From contig CAJMPZ010000003.1 of the NCBI GenBank assembly GCA_905215445.1, positions 387 through 64,386 on the forward strand: 64,000 nt of DNA, in the 5' to 3' direction. A program made the translations under genes and the position numbers. This stretch comes from an uncultured bacterium (GTDB lineage: Bacteria; Actinomycetota; Coriobacteriia; Coriobacteriales; Coriobacteriaceae). Below are positions 9,638 through 18,231 of the stretch, one piece after another; the stretch's first letter is position 1; every line of letters begins with the position of its first letter. The notes beneath the pieces are model-generated. The model saw only the letters and a program-made list of their open reading frames with translations, was not told where the DNA came from and ran no database searches.

Positions 9638-11095
9638 TTACATCAGGCCAAAGAGGTGGAACCAGGCGGCCTCGACCAGCACGACGATAAAGACGACCAC
9701 AGTGAGGGGAATGCCCATGCGCATAGCCTCTTTGGAGGTGTAGCCGCCGGCGTCCTTGCCTTCGCCGATAAGGATCGGCAGGTTATGGAACGGCAGGATG
9801 TAGTGGATGTTGATGGACGTGAAGACGATGAGCGCCACGGCGAGCGGGCTCACGCTGGAGCCGGCCGCGAAGCTGATGAACGCCGGCACGCACACGCCGA
9901 GCACGGCCATGACCGAGCCCATGAACATATGGATAACCATGGAGAGCGCGGCGACAAGCAGGGCGAACAGGAAGATGTTCTCGGGCACGGAGCTGGGGAG
10001 CACGACATCGGCGATCCAGGCGTTCATACCGGTGGCACCGCCCACGGAACCCACGGCCATGGCGGCCGTCAGGAACATGAGGGACTTGATGTCGACGGCG
10101 TTCCAGCTGGCGGGGGTGAGGACCTCGCCGATGATGGGCATGGCGAGGCAGACGCCGATGGCCAGGGTGACCCAGCCGATGTAATCGCCCGAGACGGTGA
10201 GCCACAGCGCGATGGCGATGACAAGCCACACGATGGTGCGAATCTCCTTGACGGAGAGCTTGCCGAGCGCGGCCTGCTTGGCCACGATCTGCTCGCGATC
10301 GTAGACGAGCTCCTTGCTGGGCTTAAAGAGGAAGAGGCCCAGGAACAGGGTGCACAGCAGCGCGACCAGCATAGGCACGCTCATGTACAGGAACCAGTCG
10401 ACAAAGGACGGGCTCATGCCGCCGGCCTCGGCGCTGTACTGCGCAACGAGCGGGTTGAGCGTGGAGTCGCCTGTCAGGAAGAACATGGAGCCGGGGGCAG
10501 CAGCGGCAAACACAAGGAAGCCGAGCTTGCCGCGGTCGTCGTCACCGTAGCCGGCGGACTCGGCGATGACCGAGACAACGGCGAGGATGAGGAAGGCACG
10601 GGGGAACGGATGCGGAATGAGTAGCGACAGCACAAAGGTGAGCGCGAAAATCGAGATGATGAGCGACTTGGCATCGCGCACGAACTTGAGCATGAACGCA
10701 TAGGCGATACGCTCGCCCAGGCCCGACTCCTTGACCGCGCTGGCGATGAGGTAGGCGCCGATGACGAGCCACATGGTGGCTTTGGTCCACGAGCTAAACG
10801 TGGAGGCGACCGTCGCCGAGATGCTCGCGGCGCCCGTGTCGTCCACGCACACCTTGAACAGAACAAGCAGCGCGCAGTAGAGCAGGCCCACAAAGCCCGG
10901 CTGTGCCACGCCACATGCCCAGAACACCACCGTGGCGAGCGTCAGCGCCAGACAGGTCTGACCGCCGACCGTGAGCTCGACCGTCGAGCTCAGCTCCGCC
11001 AAAGGAAGAAACTTCACCAGCAAAAAGACAACGATACCCAGCACAAAGCCAATTTCGCGCTTGGTGATCTTAAACGCCTTCTTTTCCGCTTCCAT
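9638..11095 (-). CDS. SLC13/DASS-family anion transporter
   Basis: Highly hydrophobic; AVKESGLGERIA, GSMFFLTGDSTLN, ATGMNAWIA, YILPFHN; start MEAEKK after GGTGGGGAG. Confidence 0.85.
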   Translation of the reverse strand: MEAEKKAFKITKREIGFVLGIVVFLLVKFLPLAELSSTVELTVGGQTCLALTLATVVFWACGVAQPGFVGLLYCALLVLFKVCVDDTGAASISATVASTFSSWTKATMWLVIGAYLIASAVKESGLGERIAYAFMLKFVRDAKSLIISIFALTFVLSLLIPHPFPRAFLILAVVSVIAESAGYGDDDRGKLGFLVFAAAAPGSMFFLTGDSTLNPLVAQYSAEAGGMSPSFVDWFLYMSVPMLVALLCTLFLGLFLFKPSKELVYDREQIVAKQAALGKLSVKEIRTIVWLVIAIALWLTVSGDYIGWVTLAIGVCLAMPIIGEVLTPASWNAVDIKSLMFLTAAMAVGSVGGATGMNAWIADVVLPSSVPENIFLFALLVAALSMVIHMFMGSVMAVLGVCVPAFISFAAGSSVSPLAVALIVFTSINIHYILPFHNLPILIGEGKDAGGYTSKEAMRMGIPLTVVVFIVVLVEAAWFHLFGLM

Positions 11096-11179
11096 CTCCC
11101 CACCTTTCTTGTTGGGGGCGCTCCGGATTCGCAGCCACGTTGCCACTTAAAAAGGGGCGCCCGTTATCGGACACCCCTT

Positions 11180-11210
11180 ACGTTGCGCTGTGTTGTGGCA
11201 ATACAGTCAA
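11180..11210 (-). promoter_or_regulatory. MerR-type promoter/operator for the DASS-ubiD-ubiX operon
   Basis: TTGACT-19 nt-CAACGT with dyad CTGTATTG-CCA-CAACACAG in the spacer. Confidence 0.7.
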
Positions 11211-11245
11211 GCGGGATTTTTGGATGAGAAGCGATCCTCTGGACA

Positions 11246-11313
11246 AAAAGCGTCACAACATTCGACGCTTTTCCTCGTTTTCGAGATTTTCATCAAATGT
11301 TGTGACGGTTTGG
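11246..11313. repeat. 68-bp palindromic intergenic repeat, copy 2
   Basis: Direct repeat of 6322-6389. Confidence 0.9.
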
Positions 11314-11337
11314 ATGTGGCAAAGGGACTGTCTTTTT

Positions 11338-12285
11338 TCACATAGCGAGGGCTGCGCGGATGGAGGGGACCTCCAGAGCCTCGCGGAGCCAGGGGGCCAG
11401 CTGCTCGGGGTGACCCTGCAGGTAGCCTTTAAGCTCGGACGGGGCCACGCGGCGCACTTCCGAGATCTCCTCTTGGTTGATATGCAGCTCACCCGGCTCA
11501 ACATGGGCAAGGTAGACCTCGCACCACTCGCACTCGCAGCGGTCGTCGCCGTGGTCCTCGCGATACACCACGTGACCGAGGTGCTTGAGCTGGTCGGGCT
11601 CGCGCGTAATGCCGAGCTCTTCGTTGATGCGGCGCGCCGTGGCGGCGGCGACGTCCTCGCCCGGCAGCGGATGCCCCGCGCAAGCATCCGCCAGCACCCC
11701 GCCCCACAGGCGCTTGAGCGGGCTGCGACGGCAGAGCAGCAGGCGCGCGTCCTCGCCCTGGCCCTCGACCAGCAGCGTCAGAAATGCCTGATGCAGGACA
11801 CCATCGCCGGCATGGGCCTCAATGCGATCGACGGGGCCAAGTGCCTCGCCGGTCGCGGCATCAACCGCCACGACCTCGGCGCCCGCGCCGCCCTCATCCC
11901 AGCCGGCGCGCAAGATGCGGGCCGCGGCGTCTTCGAGTGCGGCGATGAGCTCCTTGGTGGTAGTGAGCACGCGCTGCAGGTCATCCGCGGTCGCGTGCTC
12001 GACATGAAAGCCCGTGCTTGCAACTACCGGCACGCCAAAGCGCGTGGCCAGCGCCGCCGCGATATCGTGCGCCGGGATCTCGTCTCGATGGCACGGAACG
12101 GCCAGGATGCTCACCGTCGCCGTACGGCCGGGCTCGGGGCGCGGAATGGCCTGCGCCGTGGCGCCCAGGTGTGCGAACTCCGGCGAGCAGGCGTACACCG
12201 CCATGCCTCGCGGCGTCACCGTCAGCTGGGCCTCGAGCGCAAACTTGCCCTCGCCCACCGCAACCTTTGTCGTATGCATACCCAT
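11338..12285 (-). CDS. Fusion protein: LpdD-like prFMN chaperone domain plus type-1 IPP-isomerase-like Nudix domain
   Basis: N-terminal AHLGA...CHRDE...STGFHV (LpdD-like); C-terminal AHAGDGVLHQAF...RRSPLKRLWGG...CAGHPLPGE...RRINEELGI...ECEWCEVY (Idi-like). RBS CAGGAG precedes ATG 12285. Confidence 0.8.
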   Translation of the reverse strand: MGMHTTKVAVGEGKFALEAQLTVTPRGMAVYACSPEFAHLGATAQAIPRPEPGRTATVSILAVPCHRDEIPAHDIAAALATRFGVPVVASTGFHVEHATADDLQRVLTTTKELIAALEDAAARILRAGWDEGGAGAEVVAVDAATGEALGPVDRIEAHAGDGVLHQAFLTLLVEGQGEDARLLLCRRSPLKRLWGGVLADACAGHPLPGEDVAAATARRINEELGITREPDQLKHLGHVVYREDHGDDRCECEWCEVYLAHVEPGELHINQEEISEVRRVAPSELKGYLQGHPEQLAPWLREALEVPSIRAALAM

Positions 12286-12319
12286 GGGATCTCCTGTCGC
12301 CCGCAATGTACCTGAGACC

Positions 12320-12350
12320 ATCTTCGCCTGTATTGCGACTATACAGGCAA
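12320..12350 (-). promoter_or_regulatory. MerR-type promoter/operator for the lpdD-idi fusion gene
   Basis: TTGCCT-19 nt-GAAGAT with dyad CTGTATAG-TCG-CAATACAG. Confidence 0.7.
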
Positions 12351-12446
12351 GCACAGCCTGCGACAAAGGGGGCAGGCACCTGACACATTCTGTTAGAGTT
12401 GCAGGGATTGAATCCCGCTTATTCATGCGACATTGGAGTGACAACC

Positions 12447-13682
12447 TTGACCGCCGCAACCACGTCTAAAAGTAAGTCAACCGCCGCCGCGCTCTCCCCC
12501 GCGCGCACCAAGCTCTGCCTGGCGCTGCTCGTGCTGTTGGGATTCTCGCTCGGCTGCTCAGAGTTCGTGGTCATCGGCATCGAAAGCGACTTGGCAACGG
12601 AACTCGGCATATCACTTGCCACTGCAGGCCAGCTCATCAGCGTGTTCGCGCTCGTCTACGCCATCGCTACGCCGGCGCTTGCGCTCAGCACGGGGCGATT
12701 CCGCCGCTACCAGCTGCTCGTGTGCTACAGCATCGTCTTTGTACTCGGCAACCTGGTCATGGCGTTGGCGCCCAACTTCCAGGTGCTGTTTATCTCGCGC
12801 ATTGTCCTGGGCTCTGTCTCGGGCGCGCTGCTCGCCGTGGGCGTGACGTACATCCCAGAGCTGCTGTCCCCGCAGCAAACTTCGCTTGCCATCTCGGTGG
12901 TATATGGTGCGTTTTCCGTGGCAATGGTCTTTGTCACTTCGATCGGCAAGTTTGTGGCCGACACGCTCGATTGGCACGTGGCCATGTACGGTACGCTGAC
13001 CTTTGCCGTTTTGATCTGCGGAGCGCTCGTGGCGTTTATGCCGCGCGCCGGACAGACCGACGAACCCGCTACCTTCCGCGAGCAGGCGGGTCTGCTACGC
13101 GAACCGAGCATCATCACCGGCATGCTTATCTTTTTGTTTGGAGTGGGCTCGGTCTATGTATTCTACGGCTACGTTACGCCTTATCTTGAGCAGGTGCTGG
13201 GTATGGGCACTGTTCAGGCGAGCACCACGCTTATGGCCTACGGCGTGTTCTGCCTGATCTCAAACATCCTGGGCGGATGGATCGATGCGCGCTTTGGCAT
13301 GAAGGCGCTGCTTGTGACGTTTGTGCTGCAGGCTGCGGCGTTACTCGGGCTGTTTGCCGTGGGCAGCACCATGCCGCTCGCGCTGGTCTTTGTCTTTAGC
13401 TTGGCGCTGCTCATGTACCTATTCTCGGTCTCGTGCATCACACACTTTATGGACGTGGCACGCAGCCGCCATCCCAAGTCAATGGTACTCGCAAGTTCGG
13501 TTGAGCCCATGGCATTTAACGTCGGCATTTCGTTTGGCACCGCAGTGGGCGGCGCCGTGGTAAGCGGAGTTGGCATTGCCTACGTGGGCGCCGTGGGCGC
13601 CGCGTTCTCGCTTGTGGCCTGGGCACTCACGCTGGTGACGATTAAGTTGGCTCGCTGGGAGCGCAAGCGGGCGAGGGCGTAA
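12447..13682 (+). CDS. MFS transporter (AraJ/NepI/PbuE-like efflux)
   Basis: SEFVVIGI, ATAGQLISVFALVYA, FNVGISFGTAVGG; about 12 hydrophobic segments; TTG start approximate. Confidence 0.88.
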   Translation: MTAATTSKSKSTAAALSPARTKLCLALLVLLGFSLGCSEFVVIGIESDLATELGISLATAGQLISVFALVYAIATPALALSTGRFRRYQLLVCYSIVFVLGNLVMALAPNFQVLFISRIVLGSVSGALLAVGVTYIPELLSPQQTSLAISVVYGAFSVAMVFVTSIGKFVADTLDWHVAMYGTLTFAVLICGALVAFMPRAGQTDEPATFREQAGLLREPSIITGMLIFLFGVGSVYVFYGYVTPYLEQVLGMGTVQASTTLMAYGVFCLISNILGGWIDARFGMKALLVTFVLQAAALLGLFAVGSTMPLALVFVFSLALLMYLFSVSCITHFMDVARSRHPKSMVLASSVEPMAFNVGISFGTAVGGAVVSGVGIAYVGAVGAAFSLVAWALTLVTIKLARWERKRARA

Positions 13683-13733
13683 GCGCAGATGCGATACTCG
13701 AGCTCGATGATGGCGATCGAAAGGAAACCGCAT

Positions 13734-14179
13734 ATGCAACGTGTACTGTTTATCTGCCATGGGAACATCTGCCGCTCGACGATGGCTGAGTCAGTGCTTA
13801 CCGAGCTCGTGCGCCGCGCTGGGCGCGAGGGCGAGTTTGCCATTGATTCCGCTGCGACGTCGACGAGGAGATTGGCAACCCGCCGCATCATGGCACTGTT
13901 GCCAAGCTGCGCGAGGTCGGGATTCCCGTCGTTGCCCACCGCGCGCGCCAGGTGCGTCGCGCGGAGTATGGCGACTGGGATCACATTGTCTATATGGATG
14001 CTGAGAACGCGCGCGGCCTGCGTCGCATCTTTGGCGACGACCCCGACGACAAGATTACGCGCTTGCTCGATTGGACCGAGCGCCCCGGCGACGTGGCCGA
14101 TCCCTGGTACACCGGCAACTTCGATGCCACCTACCGCGACGTGCTCGACGGTTGCACTGCTATGCTCGAGCAGCTGTAA
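13734..14179 (+). pseudogene. Low-molecular-weight protein-tyrosine phosphatase, frameshifted near 13865
   Basis: VLFICHGNICRS lies in one frame and EEIGNPPHHG...VADPWYTGNF in another; one base is missing at TCGACGAGGAG. Confidence 0.85.
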
Positions 14180-14311
14180 TCGATGAAATGCAGAGTTTTT
14201 AGAGCCACAAATCGGATGAAATGCAGAAATTTGACCTTACTCGCGCACAGAACAACGACGACAACGCCTAAGCGTAGGCATAAGCGAAGTCGGAATTCCC
14301 ATATACAAATC

Positions 14312-14433
14312 GAGCGTGGTTTTTCTCCCGCATATAAATCGAGCGTGGATTTTCTCCCACTTTGAGCGTTCAAGTGCGCTCTAAACGGGAGAAAATCCAC
14401 GCTCATTTTCTCGGCGGGAGATAATCCACGCTC
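14312..14433. repeat. Four 19-bp units (two direct, two inverted) forming a long dyad
   Basis: GAGCGTGG(A/T)TTTTCTCCC at 14312 and 14341; reverse complements at 14386 and 14415. Confidence 0.85.
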
Positions 14434-14435
14434 AA

Positions 14436-14765
14436 CTACTCGTCGACGATCTCGGCAAGCCAAACGTTCAACGTATCGACCTCGGGGCAGCAGAACTTTG
14501 CCGTACCGGGCTCGTTGCCGGGCACGGTTCCGCCATAGCGCAGGATATCGATATAGGGAAAGCCCACGTGGCAGGCCATGGCGCACATCTTGCCGCGGTC
14601 TCGATCAAAGTCAAAGACATCGCCCGGCTTGTGCCCGTGATGGCAGCGGCACGTCCCCAGCTGGTCCACGCAGCTCACGCGGATACGCGGACGCTTGCCA
14701 CGCGGCGCGCCGAGCGGTCTGTTCTCGCCCGCAGGCTTGACGCCGCCCTCACCAGCATTACTCAT
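14436..14765 (-). CDS. Small Cys-rich protein, TIGR04076-like
   Basis: GTCRCHHGHKPGDVF...MCAMACHVGFPY...GG...FCCPE; ATG overlaps the pdxK stop (ATGAGTAA). Confidence 0.7.
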   Translation of the reverse strand: MSNAGEGGVKPAGENRPLGAPRGKRPRIRVSCVDQLGTCRCHHGHKPGDVFDFDRDRGKMCAMACHVGFPYIDILRYGGTVPGNEPGTAKFCCPEVDTLNVWLAEIVDE

Positions 14766-15582
14766 GGTCAATCACATCCAGGCAGGCCTCGATGGGAAGG
14801 CCGGCCGACTTGTCCTCTTGGTCGGCATTGCGCTCGATAAGCTCAGCCACCACACGCATGGCATCGGACGTCGCGCGCTGCAGACTCCAACCTGCCATAA
14901 CGCGGCCGACGAGCACCGCCGAAAACGTGTCGCCCGTGCCCGGGAAATAGACCGGAATGAGCTCAAAGGGAATCGTGAAGTACTCCCCCGCCACATGGTC
15001 GTAACCGATAACCGCGTTCGTGCCATTGACCACGGCGCTCGTAATGACTACCGACTTGGCACCCAGCTCGCGCACGGCGTCCACAAGGGCGCGGGCCTCA
15101 TCGGGCGTGATCTGCTCTGCAATAGGCGCATCGGTGAGCAGACAGGCCTCGGTGTAGTTGGGCACCGCGTAGTCTGCGCACTCCAGCAGGTGCTGCATAA
15201 GGCCAATCGTGGACTCGGGCACACCGGCATAGAGCTTGCCGTTGTCGCCCATGATGGGGTCGACGAACACCTTGGTGCCCTTTTGCGCGCGACGGTGGCA
15301 GAAGTCCGAAATAATGCGCGTCTCTTCCTCGGTCACGATAAAGCCGGTCGAGATGGCGTCGAACTCAAAGCCGAGCTCCTCCCAGATAGCGAGGCTTTGG
15401 CGCACGTACTCAGTGGTGTCGTGGATGTAGAACTTGGGGTAGTTGAGCGTGTCGGAAACGAGCGCCGTCGGCAGGTTGTGAATGCGATAGCCCATGTGCG
15501 ACAGCACCGGCAGCATGGCAGAAAGCGCGACCTTGCCGTAGCCGCACATATCGTTGATCAGCAGCAGCTGAGTGTTCTTCAT
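14758..15582 (-). CDS. pdxK: Pyridoxal/pyridoxamine kinase (PfkB family)
   Basis: GYGKVAL, LPTALVS, DAISTGFI, VDPIMGDNGKLY, PNYTEA, GTGDTFS. Confidence 0.85.
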   Translation of the reverse strand: MKNTQLLLINDMCGYGKVALSAMLPVLSHMGYRIHNLPTALVSDTLNYPKFYIHDTTEYVRQSLAIWEELGFEFDAISTGFIVTEEETRIISDFCHRRAQKGTKVFVDPIMGDNGKLYAGVPESTIGLMQHLLECADYAVPNYTEACLLTDAPIAEQITPDEARALVDAVRELGAKSVVITSAVVNGTNAVIGYDHVAGEYFTIPFELIPVYFPGTGDTFSAVLVGRVMAGWSLQRATSDAMRVVAELIERNADQEDKSAGLPIEACLDVIDHE

Positions 15583-15791
15583 GAGGGTCTCCCTTGTTTC
15601 GGGTGCGGCGCGGCAGCGCCACAGTGCGACTAAGTGTAGCGCAGCGCAACTAAGTCTTATCCTCGGATGTAAGACCAAGTTTGGACGCTATTTTGTTCTT
15701 AGATTTTTTCTGACGCCTCTAATTCCAGAAGCTTGGCCTTAGAAGTCTTTTCGCATGGGGCAAAGCCGCCTGTCCCCCCGCACCAAAACTA

Positions 15792-15846
15792 AATCAATTC
15801 GGTACCTTGACAATCAGTTAGGTACCTCTAGAATCACTTAGGTACA
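15792..15846 (+). promoter_or_regulatory. Promoter with three tandem MarR-operator-like repeats
   Basis: TTGACA(15807)-16 nt-TAGAAT(15829) overlapped by AATCAnTT(A/C)GGTAC three times at a 20-bp period. Confidence 0.7.
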
Positions 15847-15890
15847 GAACAATCCCTCTGTTTAACTAAAGAAAGGAGCATTGCAGCGAC

Positions 15891-16394
15891 ATGTGTGTTG
15901 AAGCACTCGTCTATCCGCACGAGCCCGGCGGCGACCCGTCACAGCCGGCGGATGCACCCGAAGCGGTTAGCTCAGAAGACAAGCTTGCCAAGCGCATCCT
16001 CAATGGCCTGGGCTTTTGCGGCCATTACATGCATTTTCATGGCGGAGGCGTGTCCGGCAAGGCGCCCATCATCTGCCTGCTGGCCAAGCAACCCGGCGGC
16101 GAGATGTCGCAGCAGGAGCTCGGCATGCACTTTGACCTCAAGCCGGGATCGCTTTCCGAGATCCTGTCCAAGCTCGAGCTCAACGGCCTCATCGAGCGCA
16201 GCCGTAACCCCAAGGATCGACGGCAACTCACCATTCGCCTGACCGAAACCGGCCGGGAAAACGCCCGCATCGACCAGGCGGCCCGCATTCGCTTTAGAGA
16301 GCAGGCCTTTAGTGCCCTCACCCACGACGAGCGCGAGCAGCTCGCCGAAATGCTCGAGAAAATCCGTGTAACCTGGGAGGAACTGGATGATTAA
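15891..16394 (+). CDS. MarR-family regulator
   Basis: SQQELG...SLSEILSKLELNGLIERSRNPKDRRQLTIRLTETG. Confidence 0.9.
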   Translation: MCVEALVYPHEPGGDPSQPADAPEAVSSEDKLAKRILNGLGFCGHYMHFHGGGVSGKAPIICLLAKQPGGEMSQQELGMHFDLKPGSLSEILSKLELNGLIERSRNPKDRRQLTIRLTETGRENARIDQAARIRFREQAFSALTHDEREQLAEMLEKIRVTWEELDD

Positions 16395-18231
16395 AACCCT
16401 CATGGGCAGCATCCGCGACTATATGAAAGTCACCGTTGCCACGCCGTTGCTCGTGCTTGGCGAGGTGCTCTGCGAGATGCTGATTCCATTCATCACCGCC
16501 AACCTGATCGACGCTATCAAAGACGGCGCCACCGTAGCCGAGATGCTTCCCACCGCAGGCTTTTTGGTGCTCATCGCGCTGACGTCGCTTGCTTTTGGCG
16601 CCGCGGCCGGCGTCACCTGCAGCCATGCGAGCTGCGGGTTCGCCAAGAACCTGCGTCACGACCTGTTCTACAAGATCCAGACGTTCAGCTTTGCCAACAT
16701 CGATGAGTTCTCGAGTTCCTCACTCGTCACGCGTCTGACCACCGACATCAACAACGTTCAGCAGGCCTTTATGATGATCATCCGTATCGCCGTGCGCGCG
16801 CCGCTGGTATTGATCTTCGCCTTTACCATGGCGTTTATCATGGGCGGCAACGTCGCCATGGTCTACCTGGTCATCATTCCGCTGTTGGGCTTTGGACTGT
16901 TCTTTATCATCTTTAAGGTGCGCCCCATCTTCTCGCGCGTGTTCCACAAGTACGATGCCCTTAATGAGTCCGTCGAGGAAAACGTCACCGGCATGCGCGT
17001 GGTCAAGAGCTATGTGCGCGAAGACTTTGAGAAGGAGAAGTTCGCGACCGCCGCGCGCGACGTCCAGATGGACTTCACCCGCGCCGAGAAGCTGCTCGCC
17101 TTTAACAACCCCATGATGAACATCTGCGTCAACGGCGCGTTTGTCGTCATCATCTACCTGGGCTCCAAGCTCATCATCACGAGCCAGGGTACGCTGTTCG
17201 ACGTGGGCCAGCTCTCCTCGACCTTTACCTATGGTTTCCAGATTCTCATGAGCCTGATGCAGCTGTCGATGATCTTTGTCATGGTGACCATGGCCGACGA
17301 ATCGGCACACCGCATTGCCGAGGTGCTGGCCGCCGAGCCCACGATCGCCGATCCCGCCGAGCCCGTGCTCGAGGTTGCCGACGGTTCCATCGACTTTGAC
17401 CACGTGAGCTTTAAGTATTCCGCGCATGCGAAACGCCAGGCGCTCGACGATATCGACCTGCACATTACGAGCGGCGAGACCATCGGCATCATCGGCGGCA
17501 CTGGCTCGGCCAAGTCCACGCTCGTTAACCTCATCGCCCGCCTGTACGACACCACCGAAGGCGCTGTGCGCGTGGGCGGCGTGGACGTGCGCGACTACGA
17601 CCTGGATGCGCTGCGTCACCAGGTCGCCATGGTGCTGCAGAAAAACGTGCTGTTTAGCGGCACCATCGCCGAGAACCTGCGTTGGGGCGACCCGAACGCC
17701 ACCGACGAGGAAGTCCGCGAGGCAGCGCATCTGGCCTGCGCCGACGAGTTTGTCGACGGTTTCCCCAAGGGCTACGACACCTGGATCGAACAGGGCGGCT
17801 CTAATGTTTCGGGCGGTCAGAAACAGCGCCTGTGCATTGCACGCGCCCTGCTGCGTCGCCCCAAGATCTTGATCCTGGACGACTCCACCAGCGCCGTCGA
17901 CACCAAGACTGACGCCAAGATTCGCGCAGGTCTGGCAAGCTATCTGCCCAACACGACCAAGATCATCATCGCCCAGCGCATCAGCTCCGTGCAGGACGCA
18001 GACCGCATCATTGTCATGGAGGGCGGCCGCATCGCACAGATCGGCAACCACGAAGAGCTGCTCAAGACGAGCGAGATCTACCGAGAGACCTTTACCTCGC
18101 AAAACAAGATGTCTGCCGAAGGTACGCAAGACGCCGACGACGTCTCTGGCGACGCGAACACGGCGGCAGACAACACCGACATGACCGCAACGCAAGCTCA
18201 GACCCAGGAAGGAGGCGAGGCACATGAGTAA
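16387..18231 (+). CDS. Heterodimeric ABC exporter subunit (degenerate Walker B and H-switch)
   Basis: TMD plus NBD; GGTGSAKS, VSGGQKQR, LDDSTSAVD, IAQR. Confidence 0.93.
   Translation: MIKTLMGSIRDYMKVTVATPLLVLGEVLCEMLIPFITANLIDAIKDGATVAEMLPTAGFLVLIALTSLAFGAAAGVTCSHASCGFAKNLRHDLFYKIQTFSFANIDEFSSSSLVTRLTTDINNVQQAFMMIIRIAVRAPLVLIFAFTMAFIMGGNVAMVYLVIIPLLGFGLFFIIFKVRPIFSRVFHKYDALNESVEENVTGMRVVKSYVREDFEKEKFATAARDVQMDFTRAEKLLAFNNPMMNICVNGAFVVIIYLGSKLIITSQGTLFDVGQLSSTFTYGFQILMSLMQLSMIFVMVTMADESAHRIAEVLAAEPTIADPAEPVLEVADGSIDFDHVSFKYSAHAKRQALDDIDLHITSGETIGIIGGTGSAKSTLVNLIARLYDTTEGAVRVGGVDVRDYDLDALRHQVAMVLQKNVLFSGTIAENLRWGDPNATDEEVREAAHLACADEFVDGFPKGYDTWIEQGGSNVSGGQKQRLCIARALLRRPKILILDDSTSAVDTKTDAKIRAGLASYLPNTTKIIIAQRISSVQDADRIIVMEGGRIAQIGNHEELLKTSEIYRETFTSQNKMSAEGTQDADDVSGDANTAADNTDMTATQAQTQEGGEAHE

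Noticed and set aside
11188..11206. CTGT...ACAG dyads as LexA/SOS boxes
   Set aside because: Spacing is N11 rather than N8, the CTGT box is proteobacterial, and the 19-bp-spacer context fits MerR.
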